From Smithella sp. (lineage in GTDB: Bacteria > Desulfobacterota > Syntrophia > Syntrophales > Smithellaceae), in NCBI GenBank assembly GCA_012797505.1, contig JAAZOZ010000203.1, forward strand, positions 1 through 38,855: DNA of 38,855 nucleotides, read 5' to 3'. The translations under genes were made by a program, and so were the position numbers. The notes beneath the pieces are model-generated. The model ran no database searches. It was given only the letters and a program-made list of their open reading frames with translations, and was not told the DNA's origin. Positions 30,445-38,855 of this stretch are shown here, one piece after another (the stretch's first letter is position 1; every line of letters begins with the position of its first letter).

Positions 30445-31752
30445 ATGGCCGATTTTAATAAGCAGTACCGGGAAAAATTGACGACGTTTGACCTCGCGGC
30501 GAAAACCGTCAAAGACGGGGATACGCTGATCCACGGCGTCACCATTGCCGAGCCGCCGGGCCTGCTGGCGGCCATCGCCAACCGGGCCCGCCTGGGCGAC
30601 CTGAACCATCTCAAGGTTTACACGTTTAACGCCCAGAAGCATTTTGCCGAAACACTGGGAAATCCGGATATCGCCGATGTCGTCGATTCCTACAGTTGGT
30701 TCGTGAGCGAAGGTTCCCGCAACATGGTGCAGGTCGGGTTGACGCAGTTCGTTCCCGCCTATCTCCATCAGGTCCCGAAAATCGTAATGGAGACGATGGA
30801 GGTCGATGTGGCCGTGACCACCGTCGCCCCGATGAATGAAGAGGGCTACTTCAGTTTTGGCCCCTGCAACGGCTACCTCTCCGTGATGGCAACCCTGTGC
30901 AAAACATTGATCGTCGAGGTAAACGAAAACATGCCCTTCGTTTACGGCGACGCCCTGATACACATCTCCGACATCGAAATGATTGTTGAAAATACGGTCC
31001 CTCTGCTCGAACTGCTGCCCATGCAGCCAAACCCGTTGGATCCGATCATCGGAAAAATTGTCGCCGAAACCATCCCGGACCGGGCGGTGATTCAACTGGG
31101 CATCGGCACCCTGCCCAACGCGATCGCTCCCTACCTGGACAGTCACAGGGATCTGGGCATCCACACGGAGCTTCTGTGCCCCGGAATGGTGGATCTGATT
31201 CAAAAGGGCGTGATTACCGGCGCACACAAAAATGTCCACACCGGCAAACATATTTTTTCGCTGGCCTACGGCGGAAAAGAAACCTTTCAATATATGAACG
31301 GGGACAAAAGTTTTGAAAATTATCCCAGCTCCTACGTCATGAACCCGGCCGTCATTGCCCAAAACCATCGCATGACGGCCGTGAATGCCATTCTTCAGGT
31401 CGATCTGCTGGGACAGTGCAACGCGGAATATCTGGAGGGACGTCAGTACAGCGGCACCGGAGGGCAGCTCGATTTTGTCCGGGGGGCCTACGACTCGCCG
31501 GATGGAAAAGCCATTCTCGTTTTATATTCCACGGCAAAAAACGAAGAGGTATCCCGCATTGTGGGTCAGTTTCCCGCTGGAACCATGGTCACGACGCCCC
31601 GCAATGATGTGCACTACATCGCAACGGAATACGGCATCGTCAACCTGAAGGGCAAATCAACCAGGGCAAGGGCTCTCGCGCTGATCAGCATCGCCCATCC
31701 CAAATTCCGGGACGAACTCATGCGGGAAGCCGAAAACATGTCTCTCATGTAA
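30445..31752 (+). CDS. Acetyl-CoA hydrolase/transferase family (4-hydroxybutyrate CoA-transferase-like)
   Basis: IQLGIGTLPNAI, LGIHTE, SGTGGQLDFVRGA, ATEYGIVNLKGKS, IAHPKFR. Confidence 0.93.
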   Translation: MADFNKQYREKLTTFDLAAKTVKDGDTLIHGVTIAEPPGLLAAIANRARLGDLNHLKVYTFNAQKHFAETLGNPDIADVVDSYSWFVSEGSRNMVQVGLTQFVPAYLHQVPKIVMETMEVDVAVTTVAPMNEEGYFSFGPCNGYLSVMATLCKTLIVEVNENMPFVYGDALIHISDIEMIVENTVPLLELLPMQPNPLDPIIGKIVAETIPDRAVIQLGIGTLPNAIAPYLDSHRDLGIHTELLCPGMVDLIQKGVITGAHKNVHTGKHIFSLAYGGKETFQYMNGDKSFENYPSSYVMNPAVIAQNHRMTAVNAILQVDLLGQCNAEYLEGRQYSGTGGQLDFVRGAYDSPDGKAILVLYSTAKNEEVSRIVGQFPAGTMVTTPRNDVHYIATEYGIVNLKGKSTRARALALISIAHPKFRDELMREAENMSLM

Positions 31753-31782
31753 GAAGAATTCCTCCCGGCGAAAAGAAGGATC

Positions 31783-32316
31783 ATGCGGAAACCTCCTCCT
31801 GTTACAGCCATGACCTCATCCATCGCTTCGCATCCGGCGCTGGTCACCGGCGCCTGCTCTCTGGTTTCCGTGCGCGCCATCCAGCAGGGCATCAAGGCGG
31901 TAAAGCGCTTCCTGGGCTGCGACGTGCCCGATGTTTTCCCGTGCATCGCCGAAAAGTACGCCAACACGACCACGACCAGCCATTTTCTGGTGCTGCACGA
32001 TTCCATGCTGCAAAACAAAATGCAGGCCGGCGACAACATCCTGCTGATCAGCGGCGACTTGGGCATGCTCAACGCCATTCAGGTTCTCGACGCCATGATC
32101 AAAAGCGGCGAGGCGCAGGTCGGCATGGTCATCGCGAGCGAAATCAACAGCGACCGGCGTCCGGATTCCTCCTATCCCTGCCCGACGAGCGGAGCGGCGC
32201 TGCCGCTGACGCTGCAAAGCGCGTGGGGCGGACCGCGCCTGTCACCCGGAAAGAAAGGACTGCTCCTGGCCTGCGGTTCGGGAATCACGGCCGGCGCGGA
32301 CATTTATTGCTTTTAG
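31783..32316 (+). pseudogene. Deletion-collapsed remnant of tandem 3-oxoacyl-ACP synthase III (FabH-like) domains
   Basis: FabH C-terminal motif (YANTTTTS...GDNILLISG), then a post-catalytic-Cys segment (GMLNAIQVLDAMIKSG...VIASE), then a second C-terminus (LLACGSGITAG); only 177 aa. Confidence 0.65.
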
Positions 32317-32368
32317 GCGCCGTTTGAGATCTGCGCAACGCCGACAAACCATTTTTAAGGATAATGCC

Positions 32369-33928
32369 ATGACCAAAGAAGAACTGCTGAAAGAAATGGA
32401 TCAAATGCGTAAATCCATGAAGCGCCTTCAGAAATCCGAAGCGAGCTGCAAAGAAGCGGCGGACCTGTTCCGGAAACGCGAGCAGGAATACCGCGAGATG
32501 GTCGAACTGGCCAACAGCATCATTCTCCGCATGGACACTTCCGGCAGGATTGTCTTTGTCAACGATTTTGCGCTCCGGTTTTTCGGCTTTTCCAAAGAGG
32601 AGATTGTCGGGAAGAACCTGATCGGGACCATCGTTCCGAAAATGGAATCCTCCGGGCGCGATCTCGCGGCCTTTATGGTGTCGGTCTGCCGGAACCCCGG
32701 AGAACACACCGTCAACGAAAACGAAAATATCAAAAAAGACGGCAGCCGGGTCTGGATTTTATGGACCAACCGGCCTGTGTTGGATGAACGGGGACGGCTT
32801 GCCGAAATTATCTGCATCGGAAACGATGTGACGCAAAAGAAGGAGGCGGAGCAAATCCTGCAAAACGCCCACGACGAACTGGAAAAAGAAGTGCGGGAAA
32901 GGACAAAAAAGCTTCAGAAGCTCAACGAAGATCTGCTGTTTGAAATGGCCGAGCGCAAAATTTCCGAAGAAGCCTTAAAAGAAAGCGAAAACAGATACCG
33001 CAACATTGTCGAGAGCGCCTTTGAGGGCATTTTTCAGACCACCCTGGAGGGCAAATGCACCATGGTCAACTCCGCCCTGGTGGCGCTGCTGGGCTATTCC
33101 TCCGCCGAAGAATACATTGCGGCGACGGCCCGTCCGGAAAACCTGTATGTCGATGCGTCCCGCCGGGAAGAATTGATCAGGATTCTTCAAACCGACGGGT
33201 ATGTGAAGGGATTTGAGACGGAATTCTACAGAAAGGATGGGAGCAAACTGCCGGTATCCATGAATGTCCGGGCCGTTTTCGATGATCGGGGCAATTTCAT
33301 CTATTACCAGGGAACCGTCATCGACATCAGCGCGGGAATCACGCTGCGGCGCGTTCTGGATGAAACCACCGGCGCGCTTTCCACGGCCGTGGAAATCCGG
33401 GACCCCTATACCGCAGGCCACCAGGAGAGGGTAACCCGCCTGGCCGAGGCGATCGCCGCCGAAATGAATTTCAGCGATGAACGTATCAGCGCCGTGCATA
33501 CGGCGGGTATGCTCCACGATATCGGAAAAATCTACGTGCCCGCGGAGTTCCTCAGCCGGCCGGGCAAGATCACCGATAACGAATATAACATCCTGAAGCA
33601 GCATGCCCAGGAAGGTTACGAAATTCTGAAAAGCATCGAGTACAAATACCCGATTGCGGAAATTGTCTATCAGCACCACGAACGAATCAACGGATCGGGG
33701 TACCCACGAAAACTTTCCGGGGACCGGATCCTGATCGAGGCCAGGATCATCTCGGTGGCCGATGTCGTCGAGGCCATGGCCTCTCCCCGGCCCTACCGGC
33801 CCGCACTCGGAATCGATAAAGCGCTGGACGAGATCAGGAAAAACAGAGGGATCCTCTATGATGAAAACGTCGTCGACGCCTGTCTGACGCTGTTTCAAGA
33901 CAAAGGATTTCAATTCGGGGGGGGGTGA
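32369..33928 (+). CDS. PAS-PAS-HD-GYP cyclic-di-nucleotide phosphodiesterase
   Basis: Two PAS/PAC domains, RDPYTAGH, HDIGK, HHERINGSGYP, RPYRP. Confidence 0.93.
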   Translation: MTKEELLKEMDQMRKSMKRLQKSEASCKEAADLFRKREQEYREMVELANSIILRMDTSGRIVFVNDFALRFFGFSKEEIVGKNLIGTIVPKMESSGRDLAAFMVSVCRNPGEHTVNENENIKKDGSRVWILWTNRPVLDERGRLAEIICIGNDVTQKKEAEQILQNAHDELEKEVRERTKKLQKLNEDLLFEMAERKISEEALKESENRYRNIVESAFEGIFQTTLEGKCTMVNSALVALLGYSSAEEYIAATARPENLYVDASRREELIRILQTDGYVKGFETEFYRKDGSKLPVSMNVRAVFDDRGNFIYYQGTVIDISAGITLRRVLDETTGALSTAVEIRDPYTAGHQERVTRLAEAIAAEMNFSDERISAVHTAGMLHDIGKIYVPAEFLSRPGKITDNEYNILKQHAQEGYEILKSIEYKYPIAEIVYQHHERINGSGYPRKLSGDRILIEARIISVADVVEAMASPRPYRPALGIDKALDEIRKNRGILYDENVVDACLTLFQDKGFQFGGG

Positions 33929-33980
33929 CGGGATTCGATGCAACGGCCGGAAAGGAACAGCCAAGGAACCGGTCCGTTTC

Positions 33981-34493
33981 TCAAGACTGGAGCGAAACCA
34001 TTTTCAAGGGACGGCCGTAAATTTCCTGGCCGAGTTGCACAGCCACCTCCTTGACGGATGAAATTTCTTTTGATGAAAATTTCAATTTCGCATCTGTTTT
34101 TTCGGCCGTCACTGAAAAACCGGTGGCCGCGTTGCAGCCGTGCATCCTGCGGGAGGCGGGAAAACGCCGCTCGGGTTTGCTGTCGTATTCCGGCGAGGTC
34201 GTATCCACCAGCCCGTCGAGCGATGAAAGCTTGATCGTGTATCCCCTCTTTTTCAGGCCTTCGGTCAGGTGATCCAGCATGCGGGAAACCTTGTCGTACG
34301 GCCGGATTTTTTCAAACATGAACCAGAGGGTGACTCTTTGATGCGTCGTCATGGGAGGAATATCCGGATCCGTAAGGATTTCGCTGAAGGTTCCACCGTG
34401 TCCCACTCTGCCGTCGAAATCCCCGAAAAAACGTATTCCAAATGCGTCCACTCTGTCGCCGCTGGCCCCGAATTTAAATTTTAATACTTGCAT
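33981..34493 (-). CDS. Hypothetical protein
   Basis: 170-aa ORF with ATG preceded by AGAGGG; no family recognised. Confidence 0.7.
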   Translation of the reverse strand: MQVLKFKFGASGDRVDAFGIRFFGDFDGRVGHGGTFSEILTDPDIPPMTTHQRVTLWFMFEKIRPYDKVSRMLDHLTEGLKKRGYTIKLSSLDGLVDTTSPEYDSKPERRFPASRRMHGCNAATGFSVTAEKTDAKLKFSSKEISSVKEVAVQLGQEIYGRPLKMVSLQS

Positions 34494-34553
34494 GCCCTCT
34501 CTTTTCCGGCGGTAACCTCAAAGCGTCTTTTTTCCCGCCGCTGCACGCTCATA

Positions 34554-35172
34554 TCACATGTCATAGTCAATCACAGCAGTTTTTTTGTCCCCGTTACGGT
34601 TTTTTTGCTGCCGCCCAAGGTAGGCCAACCGACCGGCCAGCACAGGAAGGAAACAGATCAAACGCGCGAAAAAATTTGAAATATCAAAACAATAATCCTG
34701 CGTTTGGCGCGAGGCCGCATCGTCGCGTTCAAAATGACGCGCCCGCAGGGATTCCATCATCGGGCCGCGATCTTCCGTGAGCCGGTTCAACATGTCAATA
34801 TCTTCCGGCTTCCCGGAAGAAACCGCTTCTCCGGCCGTCACCAGAAGAAATTCAAGGCTTTCAAATAAGACGGTCTCGTAAAAAGTCTTTTTCGCGCTCT
34901 TTTCGTCATACCGACGAAGGCCGGTATCCAGTAATTACAATGAGTTATGGACCCCGGCTTTCGCCGGGGTGACGGTGTGGGTTGCTTTTTACGAGTTCAT
35001 CAAATAAGGAGTTGACCAGATCAACCGAAGCGGCGGCAGGCCTCGCGCAAAAAAGGTCTTCAAACTGACGTACGCCTTCTTCCAGCAGAACAGCGGTTTC
35101 CGACCTATCCGCGAGGGGCTGCGCCTCCTCCACCAGATTAACGTGAATGTCCGCGTGCGCCCGGGACAGCAT
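34554..35172 (-). pseudogene. Remnant resembling the C-terminal part of a Na/Pi-cotransporter-family protein, split by a MITE
   Basis: Removing the MITE and one TSD rejoins ...VDLVNSLF|ESLEFLLVTAGEAV...LTEDRGPMMESLR in frame; family assignment from motif recall. Confidence 0.55.
34869..35001. mobile_element. 133-bp MITE with 17-bp terminal inverted repeats, internal CGTC-REP doublet and 6-bp target duplication
   Basis: TIRs GACGGTCTCGTAAAAAG / CTTTTTACGAGTTCATC (14/17); AAATAA at 34863-34868 and 35002-35007; inverted CGTC palindromes at 34904-34930 and 34948-34974. Confidence 0.88.
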
Positions 35173-35281
35173 CTGTTGGGTTTTTGCTCAGCCGCCCGGA
35201 CGGAAAATACCATACCGACCAGAATCAGAACCACAACAAACCACTGCGACGCTTGTATCGGATATTGCTTTTGCCGCGCAA

Positions 35282-35310
35282 ACCATAAAAAACTCGGTTT
35301 AGGATGTCAA
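35282..35310 (-). promoter_or_regulatory. Putative sigma70 promoter upstream of the remnant
   Basis: Minus strand TTGACA-17 nt-TATGGT. Confidence 0.55.
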
Positions 35311-35584
35311 GAAAATCCTGAGCGCGGCTAAGCAAGGGATACAGCGCAAAGTTGGCATCCGATATTCTTGCGGAAAGAATACGCGCAAGAAAGAAATGAC
35401 CGGCGCGGGGTTGTCCCCGAAGACTATTACCCATTGCTTGTCGTTAATTCGGGCCATGTATAACTTTTGGGCAAGCCGGGGACCGTACAACGGGGAAAAC
35501 CCCATTAAGAAAAAGAGCGGTCAACCGAGCCGGAATGAAATTGAGCAATCTTGACCCTTCCCATATTTTGGTATAGGTAGAAAC

Positions 35585-35677
35585 ATGAATTGGATGGCAA
35601 CACTGAACCGGAAGGAAAGACAAATTGAGGGGATTTATGTTGGGGCCCACGAAGGCGCGCCATACCAAAAACATTAA
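35585..35677 (+). pseudogene. Internally deleted RelE-like ('cytotoxic translational repressor') toxin
   Basis: MNWMATLNRK joined to ERQIEGIYVGAHEGAPY; termini resemble the family pattern MxWxV...IEVxYxGTHExAPY (recalled). Confidence 0.6.
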
Positions 35678-35833
35678 ACTTCATCTGATAGGCCCCGCGC
35701 ATAGAAAAGACAAGGCGATGGAAATCCTTAAAGGCATTTAAGCGAAATGGAACACGGCAAGCGCACCATTGGCAAGAAAAACGCAAAGCTCTTTGCCGAA
35801 TTATTGAACACGGATTACCGAGTTTTTCTCTAA
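35637..35833 (+). pseudogene. Internally deleted, frameshifted Xre-HTH antitoxin
   Basis: MLGPTKARHTKNIKLHLIGP...; in other frames HLSEMEHGKRTIGK and ENAKLFAELLNTDYRVFL*. Confidence 0.7.
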
Positions 35834-35867
35834 CCGGATGCGGCATGCTTTTGAGGAAGGAAACGGG

Positions 35868-36605
35868 ATGAAAGACATACTCAAGAAAATTGATTCGATC
35901 AAAACAAAGATTGACGCACACAGGCCGTTGGATTCGCACATGGTCAGAGAGCTACGGGAATATTTCCGAATCGGCATGACCTATTCAAGCAATGCTCTGG
36001 AAGGAAACTCTTTGACCGAAACGGAAACGAAAATCGTCATTGAAGACGGAATCACCATTGGCGGTAAGCCGGTCAAAGATCATCTGGAAGCTTTGGGACA
36101 TTCAGAAGCCTATGATTTGCTTTTCCGGCTGGCTAAACATCAAGACATTTCAGAAGCGAATATCAAAGAACTGCATCGGCTGTTTTATTATCGGATTGAT
36201 GAAGATCAGGCCGGAAAATACCGGAAACAGAAAGTTATCATTACCGGCACAACCTTCATTCCCCCCGCTCCTGAACAGATACCGGATTTGATGAAGTCAT
36301 TTGTTGCCAGGATACCCGATGACCGGTCAAAGCATCATCCCGTTGAATACGCGGCAATCCTGCATCGAAAGCTTGTAACCGTTCATCCGTTCATTGACGG
36401 AAACGGAAGGGCGGCGCGCCTCTTGATGAACCTTGCGCTATTGCAGGCAGGCTATCCTGTGGCAATTATTCCCCCGGTCCTGCGGCGCGACTATCTGGAC
36501 ACTTTGAACAAAACCCATAAGGGCGATGACAAGGCGTTCAACAAATTTATTGCCGGTGTCTGCTACGAATCATCAAAAGAATATTTAAGGCTTCTGGAAG
36601 GATAA
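35868..36605 (+). CDS. Fic family protein (class II, N-terminal inhibitory helix)
   Basis: HPFIDGNGRAAR catalytic motif and SNALEGN inhibitory motif. Confidence 0.93.
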   Translation: MKDILKKIDSIKTKIDAHRPLDSHMVRELREYFRIGMTYSSNALEGNSLTETETKIVIEDGITIGGKPVKDHLEALGHSEAYDLLFRLAKHQDISEANIKELHRLFYYRIDEDQAGKYRKQKVIITGTTFIPPAPEQIPDLMKSFVARIPDDRSKHHPVEYAAILHRKLVTVHPFIDGNGRAARLLMNLALLQAGYPVAIIPPVLRRDYLDTLNKTHKGDDKAFNKFIAGVCYESSKEYLRLLEG

Positions 36606-36897
36606 GTTTTCATAATCGGGAATAGGCAGGCCAGTCGACAAGCGGGAGAACCCCTTCCCGCTTAGCATAGGGGATCTTGTGAGAGGGAAAGCATGGAGCA
36701 AGGCAGTCATGACTTGATGAAACAAAGCGTCGGGTTAAGGCTGGATAATATAACTCAGTTAGGTGTAATCAATAAACCAACAAAAATAAATCGGAAATCC
36801 AAAATAAAACCTTTTACCGAATGGACTGAACAAGAACGTCGAACGCGGGTTTATGTGATGAGATACTTTAAAAAGTGGTAGCATCGTGGTAGCGCAG

Positions 36898-36932
36898 AAA
36901 AAAAGAGGGTTTAGAAAAACTCTCTAAACCCT
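36898..36932 (-). terminator. Terminator downstream of tRNA-fMet
   Basis: AGGGTTTAGA / TCTAAACCCT 10-bp stem followed on the minus strand by C and T7. Confidence 0.8.
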
Positions 36933-36942
36933 TGATTTTAAT

Positions 36943-37019
<77 letters not shown>

Positions 37020-37223
37020 ATAAGTCCTTTGTAAGTTGGTGGCTTTAAAACATTATCTCCTGTGTTTGTCAAGCGGTTATTTGGCCACAAAGGCCGCGTG
37101 CCGCTTGCATAAAGACTCCGGCTGCAATGAACGCCATCCCCCGGTTGATTCAGAACGCCGCCTTTCCATCCATTGTCCCTCCGATACCAAACGGATCAAT
37201 CCCCGCAGCGCGTCGAAGCAAAA

Positions 37224-38081
37224 TTATTTTTTTCGGCTTTCCGTAATATACCCCATCAACCGATAGATCAGCTTTGCCGCCATGAAATCGGGCGCGACGA
37301 TGCCGGGCAGCGGAGCCAGTTCCACCACGTCAAACCCGCGCACGATGCATTTGCGGGACACCAGCCGAAGCAGACTGAGCACATCGCGCCAGAAAAGGCC
37401 GCCCGGCTCGGGTGTTCCGGTAGCGGGCATGACCGAAGGATCAAAAACATCCAGATCGATTGTAATATAAACGTCACCCTTGATTTGCCCGGCAACTTTT
37501 TCGGCCCAGTTTGCATGATCGAAAACATCATCCGCCGGATAGGATTTGACCTTGCTCGTGTGAAGGAAGTCCCCTTCTTCCCTGCTCATGCTGCGGATGC
37601 CGACCTGAACCAGATCGCAAAATCCGGCAATCTGCCTGGCCACGCAGGCATGATTATAAGGCGTGCCCTGATAGCTGTCGCGCAAATCCGCATGTGCGTC
37701 AAATTGCAGGACCGTCAACTTCGGATATTTCTCCGCGACCGCCTGCACAGCTCCCAGCGTAATGCTGTGCTCGCCGCCCAGCATAACCGGAATCTTGTCC
37801 TGCGCGACGATCCGGCTGATTTTTTTTCGCACGGCGGCAATCATCGTTTTCGGTCCGCGGGCGTCCACGGCAACCGGTTCGGCGGTATGGATTCCGGCCA
37901 GATATGTTTCTTTCTTCAGCTCCTCATCGTAGAGCTCCATATTGGTTGACGCTTCAATGATGGCTGCCGGTCCGCGGCGGCTGCCGGGCTGATAGGTCGA
38001 GGTCAGATCATAGGGAACGGGAACGACGACAAACCGAGCGTTGCCGAGTGAACATTCGGGATATATTCCGCCAAAATTCAT
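37224..38081 (-). CDS. speB: Agmatinase
   Basis: LGGEHSIT, FDAHADLR, IDLDVFDP, ATGTPEPGG, FDVVELAP. Confidence 0.95.
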   Translation of the reverse strand: MNFGGIYPECSLGNARFVVVPVPYDLTSTYQPGSRRGPAAIIEASTNMELYDEELKKETYLAGIHTAEPVAVDARGPKTMIAAVRKKISRIVAQDKIPVMLGGEHSITLGAVQAVAEKYPKLTVLQFDAHADLRDSYQGTPYNHACVARQIAGFCDLVQVGIRSMSREEGDFLHTSKVKSYPADDVFDHANWAEKVAGQIKGDVYITIDLDVFDPSVMPATGTPEPGGLFWRDVLSLLRLVSRKCIVRGFDVVELAPLPGIVAPDFMAAKLIYRLMGYITESRKK

Positions 38082-38164
38082 GATGTTGTCCCTCTTTTTC
38101 TGAAAAAGTGAGGCTTCCTAGCACGAAGAAGCGGAGATGTCCAGTTTTTCACCGAACACCGCCT

Positions 38165-38855
38165 TCACCCCGGTTCAGCCGGGTAATACTCCATGAAGAA
38201 TTTGCCGTCTTCGTAGTACAAAAATGATTTGTGGACGATCCAGTCGCCAAGCGCCACAAAGGTTTTCCTTCGGCCTTCCCTGTCCGAAGATCGCAGCACG
38301 GGCTTGTGGCAATGCCCTAGAATCACCGTATCATATTCCCGGAACAGCTTTTCTTCAGCGCAGGCATACAATTTTTCAACCAGGACATCCCCGTCTTCAA
38401 CGGTTACGGTTTTGCTGGTCGCTGAACTTAAGGCCGCAATCGCCCATAAGGCGGATGCGGGCATCAAGCGCTGAAAATGATAAAAAATCCGGCTTCGCAA
38501 AACTTTCCGCAGCGTGAGATAAAACACATTGGTCCGGTCCAGCGTGTCACCGTGGGCCACAAAAACACGACTGGAATCCAGATCAATCGATGCCGATTCC
38601 TCAAAGACGTTCATTCCCAGCACATCGTGAAAATATTCCCGCATGAAAAAATCATGGTTCCCCTCAAACAAATGAATGCGGACGCCGCTTTGCCGCAATT
38701 GAACCAGTCGGCGGATGACCGGCTGAAATTCCGGATAAATGCGGTCGGGACGGCAAAACCAAAAATCAAAAAAATCGCCAAGAATATACAAATCATCGAT
38801 GGCCGCGTTTACACGAACCGTTTTTTCGTCGCCGGCCAGTGACCTGATCCTGCCT
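38165..38855 (-). CDS. lpxH: UDP-2,3-diacylglucosamine diphosphatase (5' end outside the window)
   Basis: ILGDFFDFW, GNHDF, AHGD, GHCH, LGDW; frame open to the window edge. Confidence 0.85.
   Translation of the reverse strand, partial: GRIRSLAGDEKTVRVNAAIDDLYILGDFFDFWFCRPDRIYPEFQPVIRRLVQLRQSGVRIHLFEGNHDFFMREYFHDVLGMNVFEESASIDLDSSRVFVAHGDTLDRTNVFYLTLRKVLRSRIFYHFQRLMPASALWAIAALSSATSKTVTVEDGDVLVEKLYACAEEKLFREYDTVILGHCHKPVLRSSDREGRRKTFVALGDWIVHKSFLYYEDGKFFMEYYPAEPG

Noticed and set aside
28228-31368. 1046-aa MCP from the ORF track
   Set aside because: The first ~370 codons are the antisense shadow of the CoA-transferase; the TM1-containing protein starts near 30258.
33917-33925. G9 tract as a phase-variation switch
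   Set aside because: It encodes only the last three codons of HD-GYP, so slippage would just alter the tail.
36693-36881. 62-aa ORF next to tRNA-fMet as a gene
   Set aside because: AT-rich, no recognisable motif, and it ends in the direct repeats; cannot be supported beyond possible island debris.

Overview
Core-chromosome window (GC roughly mid-50s %) from an anaerobic deltaproteobacterium. Gene content and order suggest Syntrophales (Smithella/Syntrophus-like), which is an inference. Left to right: rpsF leader RNA-rpsF-rpsR-yybS-rplI-dnaB, a conserved hypothetical gene and a higBA toxin-antitoxin pair; a long minus-strand run (DacZ-type diadenylate cyclase, clpB, DUF1844, ispE, tRNA-Gln, prs, rplY, pth, a divergent-clade membrane pyrophosphatase); a divergently transcribed rpoH; a minus-strand run of SDR, FrhB-like protein, iorA, iorB, fprA, rubredoxin, rubrerythrin, MipA/OmpV, a holin-like membrane protein, mutS and DUF218; an MCP divergent from a CoA-transferase; a PAS-PAS-HD-GYP gene; a decayed accessory zone (FabH-like remnant, MITE-interrupted Na/Pi-cotransporter-like remnant, internally deleted TA pair, Fic) ending at initiator tRNA-Met; then speB and a partial lpxH. 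The most unusual feature is rpoH. It carries a ~100-aa, ~34% GC in-frame insertion inside region 4 and a 90-bp tandem duplication of the region 4.2 helix-turn-helix, with one diverged recognition helix. No CRISPR array, rRNA, integrase or transposase is visible.
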